A stretch of 63,298 nucleotides of DNA, taken from the sequence record SRR22947727_1880; one strand, 5' to 3'. How positions within the stretch are numbered: the first letter of the stretch is position 1; every line of letters starts with the position of its first letter. Under the pieces are notes generated by a model, which saw only the letters and a program-made list of their open reading frames with translations, did not search any database and was not told the DNA's origin. A program made the translations under genes and the position numbers. Positions 49,824 through 59,838 of this stretch are shown in pieces.

Positions 49824-51056
49824 ATGGCCACTCACGAACTAGAGATCACGACCATGGCCCACGGCGGCTCCGGCATTGGACGCTTGGACGGCCGTGTGGT
49901 GTTCACACCCGGTGTTGTCCCCGGTGAAGTCGTAGAAGTGGAGATCGTCGAGGACTCCAAGAAATCCCTGTGGCGAGCACAACCCGTGAAGATTGTGGCC
50001 CCGAGCACCCACCGCATTCCTCACATCTGGCCAGAGGCTGACCTATCCCGCCCCTGGGCGATGCGAGCGGGCGGCGCTGACTATGGCCACATAGAGCTCT
50101 CTCACCAGCGCACCCTAAAGACCGACATTCTCCGTGATGCCCTCCAGCGCTTTGGAGGCCTCTCCGGGGACCTGGTCGACTCTCTGGTCGTCCAGGGTGT
50201 CCCCGGTGATGACGAAAAAAACGGTCTGGCCTGGCGCACCCGAGTGTCCCTTCACGCGGACGCCGAGGGCAGGCTTGGCCCCTACGCCGAAAAGAGCCAC
50301 ACCGTTATTCCAGTGAGCTCGCTTCCCCTGGCGACCGAGAACATCCAGAACTGCGGGGTACTGGACTCCACCTACCAGGGTGCCGAAAGTGTTCGTGTGG
50401 TGGATGCGCTCTCTGGCGTTCGCCTCATCATCGACAACCAGAAGCCTCAAGAACTGAGCGAGTTTGTCTCTGGTGTGGAGTTTCGCCTCAGCGATCAAAC
50501 CTTCTGGCAGGTCCACCACCAAGCGCCCGAAGTTCTTCAGGGAGCACTACAGCGCGCCGTTCAGCGGGATCGACTGGATCCCACCGCCAGAAACGCTGAC
50601 CTCTACTCCGGGGTGGGACTTCTCGGCGCAGCCCTTGCCGATATCTCGCCCTCCACCCTGACGCTGACAGGAGTCGAGTCCGAGGAGAGCGCTCTGCCCT
50701 ATCTGATGCAGAATCTCGACGACAAGACGACCCTGACCCCGGTCGCCGACCGGGTCGACCGGTGGCTTCGTCGCGAGGTCACAGGCCTCAGTGCTGCCAC
50801 TGCTAACGAATGGTCGAGGGCCACCGTCATTCTGGATCCTCCTCGCAGTGGCGCAAAGTCCGATGTGATTTCCTCCCTCGAGAAGCTCGCGCCAGCACAG
50901 ATTGTCTATGTGGCATGCGACCCGGTGGCGCTGGGTCGAGACACCGGTTTACTCGACAAGGCCGGCTATGACATGGTGTTTGTAGAGGCGTGGGATCTCT
51001 TCCCCCACACTCATCACATGGAAACCATCGCCACGTTTGTGCGGAGAGAGGTGTAG
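49824..51056 (+). CDS. TRAM-domain RNA m5U methyltransferase (RlmD/TrmA family)
   Basis: AHGG.GI TRAM domain, FWQ, DLYSGVG, DPPRSG, YVACDP, DLFPHTHHME. Confidence 0.9.
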   Translation: MATHELEITTMAHGGSGIGRLDGRVVFTPGVVPGEVVEVEIVEDSKKSLWRAQPVKIVAPSTHRIPHIWPEADLSRPWAMRAGGADYGHIELSHQRTLKTDILRDALQRFGGLSGDLVDSLVVQGVPGDDEKNGLAWRTRVSLHADAEGRLGPYAEKSHTVIPVSSLPLATENIQNCGVLDSTYQGAESVRVVDALSGVRLIIDNQKPQELSEFVSGVEFRLSDQTFWQVHHQAPEVLQGALQRAVQRDRLDPTARNADLYSGVGLLGAALADISPSTLTLTGVESEESALPYLMQNLDDKTTLTPVADRVDRWLRREVTGLSAATANEWSRATVILDPPRSGAKSDVISSLEKLAPAQIVYVACDPVALGRDTGLLDKAGYDMVFVEAWDLFPHTHHMETIATFVRREV

Positions 51057-51058
51057 TC

Positions 51059-51676
51059 GTGACCACGCTGTATCTCGCGTCGACCTCTCCCGCGAGAAAG
51101 AAGATTCTCTCGGACATTGGCCTGAAAGCCACCGTGGTCGCTCCCGATGTCGACGAAGCAAAGGCCGTCGAGGCCATGACGATTGAGCGGACCGCCTCCA
51201 ATGTTGCGCTTCATCTGGCGAAGCTCAAAGCGGAAAGTGTCGTCAAACCCTCTCGCAAAGGTCTCATCATCGGCGGTGACTCTGTTTTCGAATTTGGCGG
51301 TGAGCTTCTGGGCAAACCACATAAGGCTTCGGTGGCGACCGAGCGCTGGAAGGCCATGCGGGGCAGGAGTGGAACCCTCTATTCGGGCCTCTGGGTGGTC
51401 GACAATTCTGACGGCTCCCACCATGGTGGATTGGGTCGCGTCAGTCACGCCACCGTTCACTTTGCCGAGAACATCAGCGATGCCGAAATAAAGGCCTATG
51501 TAAAGACGGGCGAACCTCTCAATGTCGCGGGAGCATTCACTCTGGACGCCCGCGGGGCCGCGCTCATTAGTCACCTTGAGGGTGACCCTTGGGCAGTAGT
51601 CGGAATGTCCGCCTCGGCGCTCCGGTTGCTGATCCGCGGGCTCGGGCACGACTATCACTCGCTGTGGAGCTCATAG
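51059..51676 (+). CDS. maf: Maf family nucleoside triphosphate pyrophosphatase
   Basis: LASTSPAR, VDE, KAE, GGDSV, LGKP, YVKTGEP..VAGAF. Confidence 0.92.
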   Translation: MTTLYLASTSPARKKILSDIGLKATVVAPDVDEAKAVEAMTIERTASNVALHLAKLKAESVVKPSRKGLIIGGDSVFEFGGELLGKPHKASVATERWKAMRGRSGTLYSGLWVVDNSDGSHHGGLGRVSHATVHFAENISDAEIKAYVKTGEPLNVAGAFTLDARGAALISHLEGDPWAVVGMSASALRLLIRGLGHDYHSLWSS

Positions 51677-51700
51677 TCTTCAAGGCCTCATACTGAGCTG

Positions 51701-52312
51701 GTGGAACTGGGTACCTGGCTTCTCTACACCGCTGCCGCGGTGGGGCTTTCGCTCACCCCTGGGCCCAATGGATTACTCGCTCTCACCCACGGGGCTCTCT
51801 ATGGCGTGAAGAAGACAGCCTTCACGATTGCGGGAGGAGCACTCGGTTTTACCGCCGTGATTGCACTCTCGCTCTTTGGCATCGGGGCGCTCTTGGCTGC
51901 CTCGGCACAGCTCCTTATCGTTCTCAAATGGATGGGTGGTGCTTACCTGGTGTTCTTGGGCATCCAGGTGTGGCGATCGCCGACCATCGGAAGCGTGCCC
52001 GGTTCCAGCACAGCGGTGGTGACCCGCCCCAAGGTTTTCCGCCAAGGACTCTTGGCTGCGGTCTCGAACCCGAAAGGAATCCTGTTCTTTGTGGCGTTCT
52101 TACCCCAGTTCCTGGTCACCGATTCGCCTTTGCTGATTCAGTTCGCCATCATGACGCTCACCTTCGTGGGAATTGAAATCATCACCGAAACGGTCATTGC
52201 TCTGGGATCGGAAAAGGTTCAGCCCTTCTTGGCGAAGTTTGGAAAACGGGTCAACCAGACCTTTGGTGGAATTTTCGTCGCGATTGGGATTGCACTGCCC
52301 TTGAGGGGCTAG
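51701..52312 (+). CDS. LysE/RhtB family translocator
   Basis: TPGPN, LKWMGGAYL, F.QG....SNPK..LFF.AFLPQF. Confidence 0.93.
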   Translation: MELGTWLLYTAAAVGLSLTPGPNGLLALTHGALYGVKKTAFTIAGGALGFTAVIALSLFGIGALLAASAQLLIVLKWMGGAYLVFLGIQVWRSPTIGSVPGSSTAVVTRPKVFRQGLLAAVSNPKGILFFVAFLPQFLVTDSPLLIQFAIMTLTFVGIEIITETVIALGSEKVQPFLAKFGKRVNQTFGGIFVAIGIALPLRG

Positions 52313-53304
52313 GAACGATCGCGCTTTTTCACCGCCATGGCGGCGAAAAACTCCCAAATCAGTCGGTGGGCGTTGTTGATGGTCACATCGGCGTGGTCAT
52401 ACGCCGGTGCGACCTCCATGACGTCAAACCCGACAACATCAAGCTCAAGAGTGAGCCTGCGCACAATACGCAGCAGATCAATCGGAGCGAACCCTCCGGG
52501 TTCGGGTGTTCCCGTGGCGGGCGCGAAACCTGGGTCCAGCACATCAATGTCGATAGAGATGTAGGCCTTGGGTGCTCGCTTTTTCGCTTCCGCAATGACG
52601 TCGTCAAGAACGGGCATAGCTCCCCGCTCCCAGAACTCCTGCATCATGTAGTGCTTCAGGTTGTTCTCCCGCATCCACTTCTGGTCTTCTTCGCCCGGCC
52701 AGTAGCCTCGCAAGCCCAATTGCAGGAATCGATCTCCAGGGAATGCACCTGACTCCACGAGTCGGCGCATCATCGCTCCGTGACTGGCGAAGTTGCCCTC
52801 AATTTCGTTCGCAGTGTCAGCGTGGGCGTCAAAGTGAATCATCGCCACATTGCCAAAACCGTGGGCTTCCGCCACCGCTGTGGCACTGGGCCAGGTGACC
52901 GCGTGGTCACCGCCGAGAATCACGGGGACAATGCCTCGGGTGGTGAGCGCGCTCACGCGCTCATAAATACTGGCTTTCGATTTCTCCCATTGACCGTGGC
53001 TGGTGATGGCATCACCAAAGTCGACGACGTTGAGGTGGTCAAAGATTTCGATCCCCAAGTCCAGGTGATAGGTGCCGGGGTCATAGGCGTTAGCTCGCAG
53101 TGCTCGAGGCCCAAAGCGTGCACCGGGACGATTCGTGGTGCTGCTATCCCATGGCGCCCCGACCACACCAATATCAGGCTTGATGGTGTCCAAATCTTTG
53201 GCATCGGCGACAAACGGTTGCATTCCGAAGGTGGCAAGCCCCTGAAAGGACGGGGAGTCCAACTGTTCGCGCATACCCGGAGAGACAAAATCTTCAGTAC
53301 CCAT
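52309..53304 (-). CDS. Agmatinase / ureohydrolase family
   Basis: RPGARFGP, GGDH, HFDAHAD, SIDIDVLDP and GTPEPGG metal-binding motifs. Confidence 0.9.
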   Translation of the reverse strand: MGTEDFVSPGMREQLDSPSFQGLATFGMQPFVADAKDLDTIKPDIGVVGAPWDSSTTNRPGARFGPRALRANAYDPGTYHLDLGIEIFDHLNVVDFGDAITSHGQWEKSKASIYERVSALTTRGIVPVILGGDHAVTWPSATAVAEAHGFGNVAMIHFDAHADTANEIEGNFASHGAMMRRLVESGAFPGDRFLQLGLRGYWPGEEDQKWMRENNLKHYMMQEFWERGAMPVLDDVIAEAKKRAPKAYISIDIDVLDPGFAPATGTPEPGGFAPIDLLRIVRRLTLELDVVGFDVMEVAPAYDHADVTINNAHRLIWEFFAAMAVKKRDRS

Positions 53305-53341
53305 ATATCCAGAGTAGAGCTCAACAGGCCAGACTTGAGAT

Positions 53342-54022
53342 GTGTGTGGACGTTTTGCTCTGGACCAAACCACGGATGCCATCGTGGCGGAGTTTCTCGC
53401 GCAGACCAACCGCTTTCCCGACTGGTTTCCTCAGTGGAATATCGCCCCCACCACGACGATTCCCATCGTCGTCACCGCCGAGACCGGGGAACGACTCGTC
53501 GGTCCGGCACGGTGGTCACTCGTTCCCTCCTGGTCGACCGAGCTCACGCTGAAGTACCCGACGTTCAATGCTCGGTCAGAAACTGCCGCAGAGAAGCCCA
53601 CCTTCCGCGGATCAGTGAATAAACACCGCTGCATTGTCCCTCTCTCCGCCTACTACGAGTGGACCACGATGAGTGGGCCCAAAGCTCCCCACGTCATTCA
53701 TCGACCAGACCGACCACTCGTGGGACTCGCCGGTCTCTATTCATGGTGGACGAATCCCGCCACGGGCGAGATGGTCGCCACCACAACCATCCTCACGCGG
53801 GAGAGTGCCGGGATACTCGCTCCGGTTCACGACCGGATGCCGATTGCGCTGGAAGCTGCTGACTATGACCGGTGGCTCGATCCCTCAAAAACCGAGGGTG
53901 CACACCTCATTGCGGAGGTTTCTGATCGTGCAGCCCAGACCGCGAGTCTGTGGGAGCACTACGAGGTGCCACCGTTGCGCGGCGATGGTCCACACTTAGT
54001 GGAAAGGAAGGGATCCGCGTGA
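53342..54022 (+). CDS. SOS response-associated peptidase (SRAP/YedK/HMCES family)
   Basis: N-terminal MCGRF, NIAPT, FNARSE, RC, YYEW, HDRMP. Confidence 0.95.
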   Translation: MCGRFALDQTTDAIVAEFLAQTNRFPDWFPQWNIAPTTTIPIVVTAETGERLVGPARWSLVPSWSTELTLKYPTFNARSETAAEKPTFRGSVNKHRCIVPLSAYYEWTTMSGPKAPHVIHRPDRPLVGLAGLYSWWTNPATGEMVATTTILTRESAGILAPVHDRMPIALEAADYDRWLDPSKTEGAHLIAEVSDRAAQTASLWEHYEVPPLRGDGPHLVERKGSA

Positions 54023-54579
54023 ACACGATCGCCGAGGTCTTGAATTCTTTTCCCGAACAGCAATCTCGGGCGCTGCGGAGCGTGCATCACACCCTTGAAA
54101 CACTGTTGCCGAGCTCTGAGCAGGACATGTCGTGGGGGATGCCCACCTTTCGGTGTGAGGGAATGATCGTGACCTCGCTACTGGGATTCCAGAACCACAA
54201 CAGTTTGTTTCCTGGCCCCGAGGTCATGGAGATTTTGGGTGATGCACTCGAGGGATACACCGTGACCAAGGGAACCATTCACTTTGAGAAAGAAAAAGCT
54301 CCCCCGAAAAGCTTCCTGAAGGCTGTCGTCACCGCACGTATTCAGGCCATCAACGCTGGTTTTCCGAAGAAATCTGGCGAGTTTCTGGAGCTCTATGGCA
54401 ACGGTCGACCGAAAGCACAAGGAAAGTACAAAGGGGACCAGATGCACGGCGCCTGGAGCTTTTTTCGGAAAGACGGGACCCTGATGCGATCGGGGTCTTT
54501 CCGGGAAGGTAAGCAAACCGGTGAATGGATTACCTACGACACGTCGGGTTCTCCCTATAAGACAACCCGGATGGGCTAA
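54019..54579 (+). CDS. DUF1801 (YdhG-like) domain fused to MORN-variant repeats
   Basis: SWGMPTF, HNSLFP and TKGTIHF (DUF1801). C-terminal YGNG..K.QGKYKG..MHG.W.FF..DG.L..SG.F..GK..GEW..YD repeats. Confidence 0.8.
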   Translation: MNTIAEVLNSFPEQQSRALRSVHHTLETLLPSSEQDMSWGMPTFRCEGMIVTSLLGFQNHNSLFPGPEVMEILGDALEGYTVTKGTIHFEKEKAPPKSFLKAVVTARIQAINAGFPKKSGEFLELYGNGRPKAQGKYKGDQMHGAWSFFRKDGTLMRSGSFREGKQTGEWITYDTSGSPYKTTRMG

Positions 54580-54582
54580 TCG

Positions 54583-55185
54583 ATGGGTCAACACCTCCCC
54601 GAAGCGAAGGAGCACCTCGCCTCAGCGTGTGATGTGATGGCATCGCTCATCCCGCGGCACACACCCCCGGATATCAGCCCCAAAGCCCCGGAACAGTATT
54701 TCTCTGTCCTGGTGTCCTCGATCCTCGGCCAACAGCTCTCGGTGAAAGCAGCCGAGACTATTGAGGGGCGACTCATCGCAGCTCTGGGACCTCACGACCC
54801 GGGCACTCTCGCGAAGACCACCGTCGAGGATCTCCGGAGCTATGGTCTTTCTCGTTCCAAAGCCTCCTATGTGATCGGCATGGCGGAAGCATTTCGTGTT
54901 GGGGAGATTAACCCCCATGAGTTAGCGCGTGCTGAGACCGAAGACGTCATCCAGCAACTCACGAGCCTCAAAGGGATTGGCCCTTGGACGGCGGAAATGT
55001 TCCTCATCTTCGGAATGGGACACCCCGATGTCTGGTCCCCGGGAGACCTGGGTCTGCGCAACGCCGTCTGGGCGCACTTCGGAGAGGACGCCAATGTGAG
55101 TGAGATTGCCGATCGATGGCGTCCCTACCGCTCCTATGCGGCGCTCTATTTGTGGGAATTTAGCGACAACAAACCGAAGGTTTAG
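54583..55185 (+). CDS. DNA-3-methyladenine glycosylase (AlkA/HhH-GPD family)
   Basis: [18 protein letters not shown], Hh[26 protein letters not shown]. Confidence 0.92.
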   Translation: MGQHLPEAKEHLASACDVMASLIPRHTPPDISPKAPEQYFSVLVSSILGQQLSVKAAETIEGRLIAALGPHDPGTLAKTTVEDLRSYGLSRSKASYVIGMAEAFRVGEINPHELARAETEDVIQQLTSLKGIGPWTAEMFLIFGMGHPDVWSPGDLGLRNAVWAHFGEDANVSEIADRWRPYRSYAALYLWEFSDNKPKV

Positions 55186-56198
55186 AACGCTGTCGTGTAG
55201 GCGTTAACCGCTGGTTGCCCACCGAGGTGTGCATAGAGGATTCTGGAGCCCTCGGGGAAATACCCTTCCCGCACCAAATCAATGAGAGCGGCGATTGACT
55301 TGCCCTCGTACACAGGGTCAGAAATGACACCTTCCGTCCGAGCCAGGTGCTTGATGGCCTCGATCGTTCTCGGGCCTGCGACACCATAAATCCCATCGTG
55401 CCAACGATCCAGGAGAACAACCTCGTCATCCCGAAGCTCACGTCCCAGACCAATTGCGTCCGCTGTGCGTGAGGCGATCCGGGTGATCTGATCGCGCGTC
55501 TTCTCTACGGTTGCCGAAGCATCAATCCCGAGTACCGAGCTAGCGCGGTCAGAGTGGGCGAACCCGGCGATCATGCCGCCCTGAGTGGATCCCGTGACAG
55601 AACAGACGATGGTGGCATCGAAGGTGATGCCCAAGTCTTTCTCCTGGTCCTCCACCTCAAAAGCCCATCCTGCAAAACCATGACCACCCAGCGGGTGGTC
55701 AGAGGCACCCGCAGGAATTGGATAGGGCTTACCGCCTGAGGCAACAACATCATCGATGGCTTGCTGCCAGGACTCACGGAACCCAATGTCAAAGCCCGCG
55801 TCATCCAGTCGAACATCCGCACCCAAAATTCGTGAAAGAAGAATGTTTCCTGTCTTCTCATAGTTGACCTCGTCCCAGTCAACCCAGTGCTCCTGAACCA
55901 AGACAGCCTTAAGGCCGAGCTTTGCGGCGACAGCAGCGACCTGCCTCGTGTGATTGGACTGCACACCACCAATCGAGACCAACGTGTCACAGCCCTGCTC
56001 GAGAGCATCAGCAACGAGATATTCGAGCTTCCGAGTCTTGTTACCGCCATAGGCGATACCGGAGTTCAGGTCTTCTCTTTTGGCCCAAATCTCAACTTTT
56101 CCGCCGAGATCCTCGGTCAGTCGATCCCAGCGCTCAAGCGGGGAGGGGCCATAGAGCAGCGGGACCCGGGGGAAGCTCTCTAGTTGCTCACGTGACAT
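55182..56198 (-). CDS. acdS: 1-aminocyclopropane-1-carboxylate deaminase
   Basis: [20 protein letters not shown] and GGVQSNHTR, plus the diagnostic DPVYEGKS (Glu) and YAHLGG (Leu). Confidence 0.93.
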   Translation of the reverse strand: MSREQLESFPRVPLLYGPSPLERWDRLTEDLGGKVEIWAKREDLNSGIAYGGNKTRKLEYLVADALEQGCDTLVSIGGVQSNHTRQVAAVAAKLGLKAVLVQEHWVDWDEVNYEKTGNILLSRILGADVRLDDAGFDIGFRESWQQAIDDVVASGGKPYPIPAGASDHPLGGHGFAGWAFEVEDQEKDLGITFDATIVCSVTGSTQGGMIAGFAHSDRASSVLGIDASATVEKTRDQITRIASRTADAIGLGRELRDDEVVLLDRWHDGIYGVAGPRTIEAIKHLARTEGVISDPVYEGKSIAALIDLVREGYFPEGSRILYAHLGGQPAVNAYTTAF

Positions 56199-56252
56199 AG
56201 CTCAACGATAGAGGACTCACGAAAGCGTCTAGTCCCGGCTACGCTCAAGACC

Positions 56253-57269
56253 ATGCGTGCCAAAACCTGGATCGGGATTGGGCTTGGTGCCGTGCTCGTT
56301 CTCGGAGGTGGCGGAGCCGTGGCGCTCGGCGATTACGTCTACCGGTCAGGTACCACCGTGCCGTGTGGGATCAATGCCGATGATGCCGATAACTCCCCGG
56401 AGCGTTTCACCACTCCCGTGGAGGGCCCCTTCCCGGGAGATGGTTGGAACAAATGGGTCGGTCATGACCTATCCGACTGGTGGTTGAGCAATATTCCGAT
56501 TGAGACAGTGACCATCCCTGTCTCTGACGATGTGGCGCTCGAAGCGTGGTGGATTAAGGCGAGCTACCCCACCGCTCAGGAAACCGTCATTGTGACTCAC
56601 GGGTATGGCACGTCTCGTCGTGACTACAACGCCCTGCTTCCCGCCTCCATGCTCGCCGCCGAGGGTTTCAACGTCTTGCTCGTTGACCAGCGTGACACCG
56701 GGAATTCGACTTGCGTCGACGGACGTCACTCTGCCGGTCAGGACGAATCCGATGATTTTGCCCGGGTAGCCGAGTGGTTGGTGGCGGAGAAGGGCATCAC
56801 TCCCGACAAGATCGGCATGTTTGGAGTCTCAGGTGGAGCCATCGCGACCGCGATCCTTCCCGCCAAGACCGACAACGTGAGCGCATTCGCGATGGAAGCA
56901 CCCATCTTTGATTTTGCCGAGACAGCTCGTCGCGAGGTGGAGTTCCAGGGTTTTCCGGGATTCCTCTGGAGTCTCGCGGACACAGCAGCGATGCTCCGTG
57001 GGGTGGACCTCAATCAGACCCCGATTTCGGCGGGAATCGACTCCGCCGGCAACCGGCCTCTCTTGCTTCTCCATGGCACGGACGATCAGCGCCTGGCCTA
57101 CGAGGGTGCGCTCAAGTTTCGTGACTATGCCGAGAACGCCGGTGTCGAGGTGACACTGGAAACTTTTGAGGGTGCTGATCACACCGAGGGGATGTTGACA
57201 GAAACCGACCGCTACGCCAGGGCGCTGACTACGTTCTTCCGCAATGCTCTGGGCCAATCACCCAACTAG
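56253..57269 (+). CDS. Exported/membrane-anchored alpha/beta hydrolase
   Basis: N-terminal TM, HGY, GVSGG nucleophile, HGTDD, GADH. Confidence 0.88.
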   Translation: MRAKTWIGIGLGAVLVLGGGGAVALGDYVYRSGTTVPCGINADDADNSPERFTTPVEGPFPGDGWNKWVGHDLSDWWLSNIPIETVTIPVSDDVALEAWWIKASYPTAQETVIVTHGYGTSRRDYNALLPASMLAAEGFNVLLVDQRDTGNSTCVDGRHSAGQDESDDFARVAEWLVAEKGITPDKIGMFGVSGGAIATAILPAKTDNVSAFAMEAPIFDFAETARREVEFQGFPGFLWSLADTAAMLRGVDLNQTPISAGIDSAGNRPLLLLHGTDDQRLAYEGALKFRDYAENAGVEVTLETFEGADHTEGMLTETDRYARALTTFFRNALGQSPN

Positions 57270-57272
57270 GGC

Positions 57273-57500
57273 CTACTGACCTAAATCGAACTCTTCCGAA
57301 GCGCGACGATCGAATTCGTTGCGGACTCGGTGATAGTCGTTCCAGTCATCCTTCTCATCACCGCCCAGCTCGAAGACTTCGTGCCGCAGGGTCTCCATGT
57401 AGTTTTCATCACCGGACTCAAGGGCTCGCCCCCACTCCTCTAGCTGGACGAGGCGTGCTCGGAGCTGATCGAGGTCGAGGTCAAAGAGTGCTGGAGTCAT
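57273..57500 (-). CDS. Small acidic hypothetical protein
   Basis: 75-aa ORF starting 26 nt downstream of dgcA on the same strand. Confidence 0.5.
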   Translation of the reverse strand: MTPALFDLDLDQLRARLVQLEEWGRALESGDENYMETLRHEVFELGGDEKDDWNDYHRVRNEFDRRASEEFDLGQ

Positions 57501-57526
57501 CACCAGTTTTCTAGCACAGGTGGGAA

Positions 57527-58510
57527 CTACCCCCACAGCTCTGAGCTGGGGGGGCTCACGACTCCCTCCGGGGAGTACGTCAGGCCGTGGTCGATGTCGT
57601 GGCGCAGCAAGAGGGGACCATCGATATCGACAAATTCACAAAACTGTCCCACAACGAACGAGGGAGCCATCGACAGTGAAGACCCGGTCATATTTCCCAC
57701 CATGAGTCTTTTGCCAGCGTGTTGTGCGGCCTCCACCATCGCCAGCGCCTCCGTCAACCCACCACATTTGTCCAACTTGATGTTGATGACGTCGTATCTG
57801 GTGACGGCACTGTCTAATTCGGCAAGACTCAGGCAACTTTCGTCTGCCCCCAAAGGAATGGGAGAGTCGAACCCTTCGAGCTCCGCATCCCCACCTCGAG
57901 GCAGGGGTTGCTCGATCATGGCAATGTCCAGTTCAACAAGCGCTGGCAGATACTCCTGGAGCTCCGCAAAGCTCCACGCCTGATTGGCATCCACGACCAA
58001 GACAGCGTCGGGGCGAGCGCTTCTGATGGCCCGCATCTTCTCCACGGGGGACTCCGCGGAGAGCTTGATCTTGAGGTGGGGGTAGCTCGACCAGCGTCGG
58101 GCATGCTCGGCCATGATGTCGGCTTCACCGACTCCGATGGTGGCGACGGTGGTGAGCTCATGTGGTGTGGCACCGACTCGTTCCCATATGGTCTGGCCCG
58201 CTTCTTTGCACTCGAGGTCCCACAGCGCGCAGTCCACAGCGTTACGAGCACCCCCCGGGGCGAGGAGGTCTTGCAGTTCTTCTCGAGTAAGGCCACTCTC
58301 GAGCGCTGGGGTAATTCTCTCAATCTCTTCGACGATGCTGTCTTGGGTTTCCCCTAAGTAGTAGGAGCCGGTTCCCTCGCCTCGTCCAATCACACCCTCT
58401 CTTTCCAGGGTGACCCACACTGTGTTCAGATGAGAGAACGAGTGGCCCGTAATGACCAGTGGCTCATGGAGGGGAATCGAGACTCGCTCTATCGACACAG
58501 ACACGGTCAT
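57527..58510 (-). CDS. dgcA: N-acetyl-D-Glu racemase / L-Ala-D/L-Glu epimerase (enolase superfamily)
   Basis: GRGEG, GARNAVDCALWDL, KIKL, DANQAW, EQP, ADES, NIKLDKCGGLTE, DIDGPLLL. ATGA-coupled to the DUF1611 gene. Confidence 0.85.
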   Translation of the reverse strand: MTVSVSIERVSIPLHEPLVITGHSFSHLNTVWVTLEREGVIGRGEGTGSYYLGETQDSIVEEIERITPALESGLTREELQDLLAPGGARNAVDCALWDLECKEAGQTIWERVGATPHELTTVATIGVGEADIMAEHARRWSSYPHLKIKLSAESPVEKMRAIRSARPDAVLVVDANQAWSFAELQEYLPALVELDIAMIEQPLPRGGDAELEGFDSPIPLGADESCLSLAELDSAVTRYDVINIKLDKCGGLTEALAMVEAAQHAGKRLMVGNMTGSSLSMAPSFVVGQFCEFVDIDGPLLLRHDIDHGLTYSPEGVVSPPSSELWG

Positions 58511-59514
58511 GACTGAACAGCATCCACAATCGGTCCTACCCCCGTGGCCACGGAATCCACGGCGGGAACGCCATGCTCCTGCGCCAGACGGCTCAAATAG
58601 TCTTCTCGCTCCGCATCACTCAACGCTGAGGTGTTGGCACTAATCCCCACCACGCGAATATCAGGATTCACCACCGATCCGATGCGAACTGTGAGGTCGA
58701 TAATTTCTTGAATGCTCGGCAGAGCAAAATCTGGCCATCCGACAATGGTTTCTCTGGTGGCATCGGTACACACCACAATCGCATCGGGTTGTGATCCCAT
58801 CAACAGCCCCATACTTACTGCTGCATAACCGGGGTGGAGTATCGCCCCCTGACCCTCGATGATGTCCCAATGCGTTTCCGCCGCGTCGGGAGAAAGCGTC
58901 TCTGCTGCCCCGGAGACAAAATCGGCAACAACAGCGTCAATCGGCACTCCTCCGCCGGAAATCAGAATCCCGGTTTGCCCGGTGGCGCGGAATGTTGCGT
59001 CCATACCCCGACTGGTCATCTCCTGGGCAAGAGCGAGCGCCGTGTACTTCTTGCCCAAGGCGCAATCTGTGCCCACAGTGAGCAACCGCTTACCCGACCT
59101 TTTCACTCCTTTGCCCACGGGAAGGCCGGGCGGTGGGACGCGAACGTCCGAAATACGAGCGCCCGACTGCGCGGCCAACGCGGCGAATTCGGGATCGTCA
59201 GCCAGTCGATCGTGAGTTCCCGATGCCACATCAATTCCTTGGGTCAGTGCGTCCGCAATCACAGCACGCATCGAAGAGGGAATGGCGCCACCGACCACAG
59301 CAATACCGATGACCAAGGTCTTCGCTCCCGCAGCTATGGCTTCCTCGAGTGACATATCCGGCAACCCAAGGTTTGCGGCCTCCGCAGAGAGGCGAATCTG
59401 CCCCACACAGCTCTCACGATCCCAGTGGGCGATGCCACTCCCTGTCTTTGTGTAGACCGGGCTCGTCTCATTTCCCACAAAAATGACGTAAGGCTTCTCG
59501 ATGACATTAGGCAT
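58507..59514 (-). CDS. dgcN: DUF1611 D-glutamate N-acetyltransferase
   Basis: KTGSG, LTVGTDCALGKKYT, FRATGQTGI, DAVVADF.SGAAE, IEGQG...HP, GSQPD. Confidence 0.88.
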   Translation of the reverse strand: MPNVIEKPYVIFVGNETSPVYTKTGSGIAHWDRESCVGQIRLSAEAANLGLPDMSLEEAIAAGAKTLVIGIAVVGGAIPSSMRAVIADALTQGIDVASGTHDRLADDPEFAALAAQSGARISDVRVPPPGLPVGKGVKRSGKRLLTVGTDCALGKKYTALALAQEMTSRGMDATFRATGQTGILISGGGVPIDAVVADFVSGAAETLSPDAAETHWDIIEGQGAILHPGYAAVSMGLLMGSQPDAIVVCTDATRETIVGWPDFALPSIQEIIDLTVRIGSVVNPDIRVVGISANTSALSDAEREDYLSRLAQEHGVPAVDSVATGVGPIVDAVQS

Positions 59515-59583
59515 TTCTATATTGTGGTGCACCTCCGCCTCGATCAGTGCAACCGCGATGTCCGCCGGGTACGCTGAAACATT

Positions 59584-59838
59584 ATGCGAGGAACTCCCAA
59601 CAAGTTCGTGACCCTCGGATTCTCCATCGCCGCTCTAGCGTCTTCGACAATCCCTATTTTGTGCATCGCTCTGGGAATTATGGGAATTGTGTTCTCCCGC
59701 AAACTGATCACGACCGAGAAGGCGGAAAATCAAGCCCCCTCAGTGATGCCTCGAGTCTCCCTCGTTCTCTCAGTTCTCGCTCTTGCCATCACGGTCGGAT
59801 TGATGGCCTTTGCGCTGCCGGTGGCTCTCGGCTGGTGA
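59584..59838 (+). CDS. Small membrane protein
   Basis: 84 aa with 2-3 hydrophobic segments. TACGCT lies upstream. Confidence 0.6.
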   Translation: MRGTPNKFVTLGFSIAALASSTIPILCIALGIMGIVFSRKLITTEKAENQAPSVMPRVSLVLSVLALAITVGLMAFALPVALGW

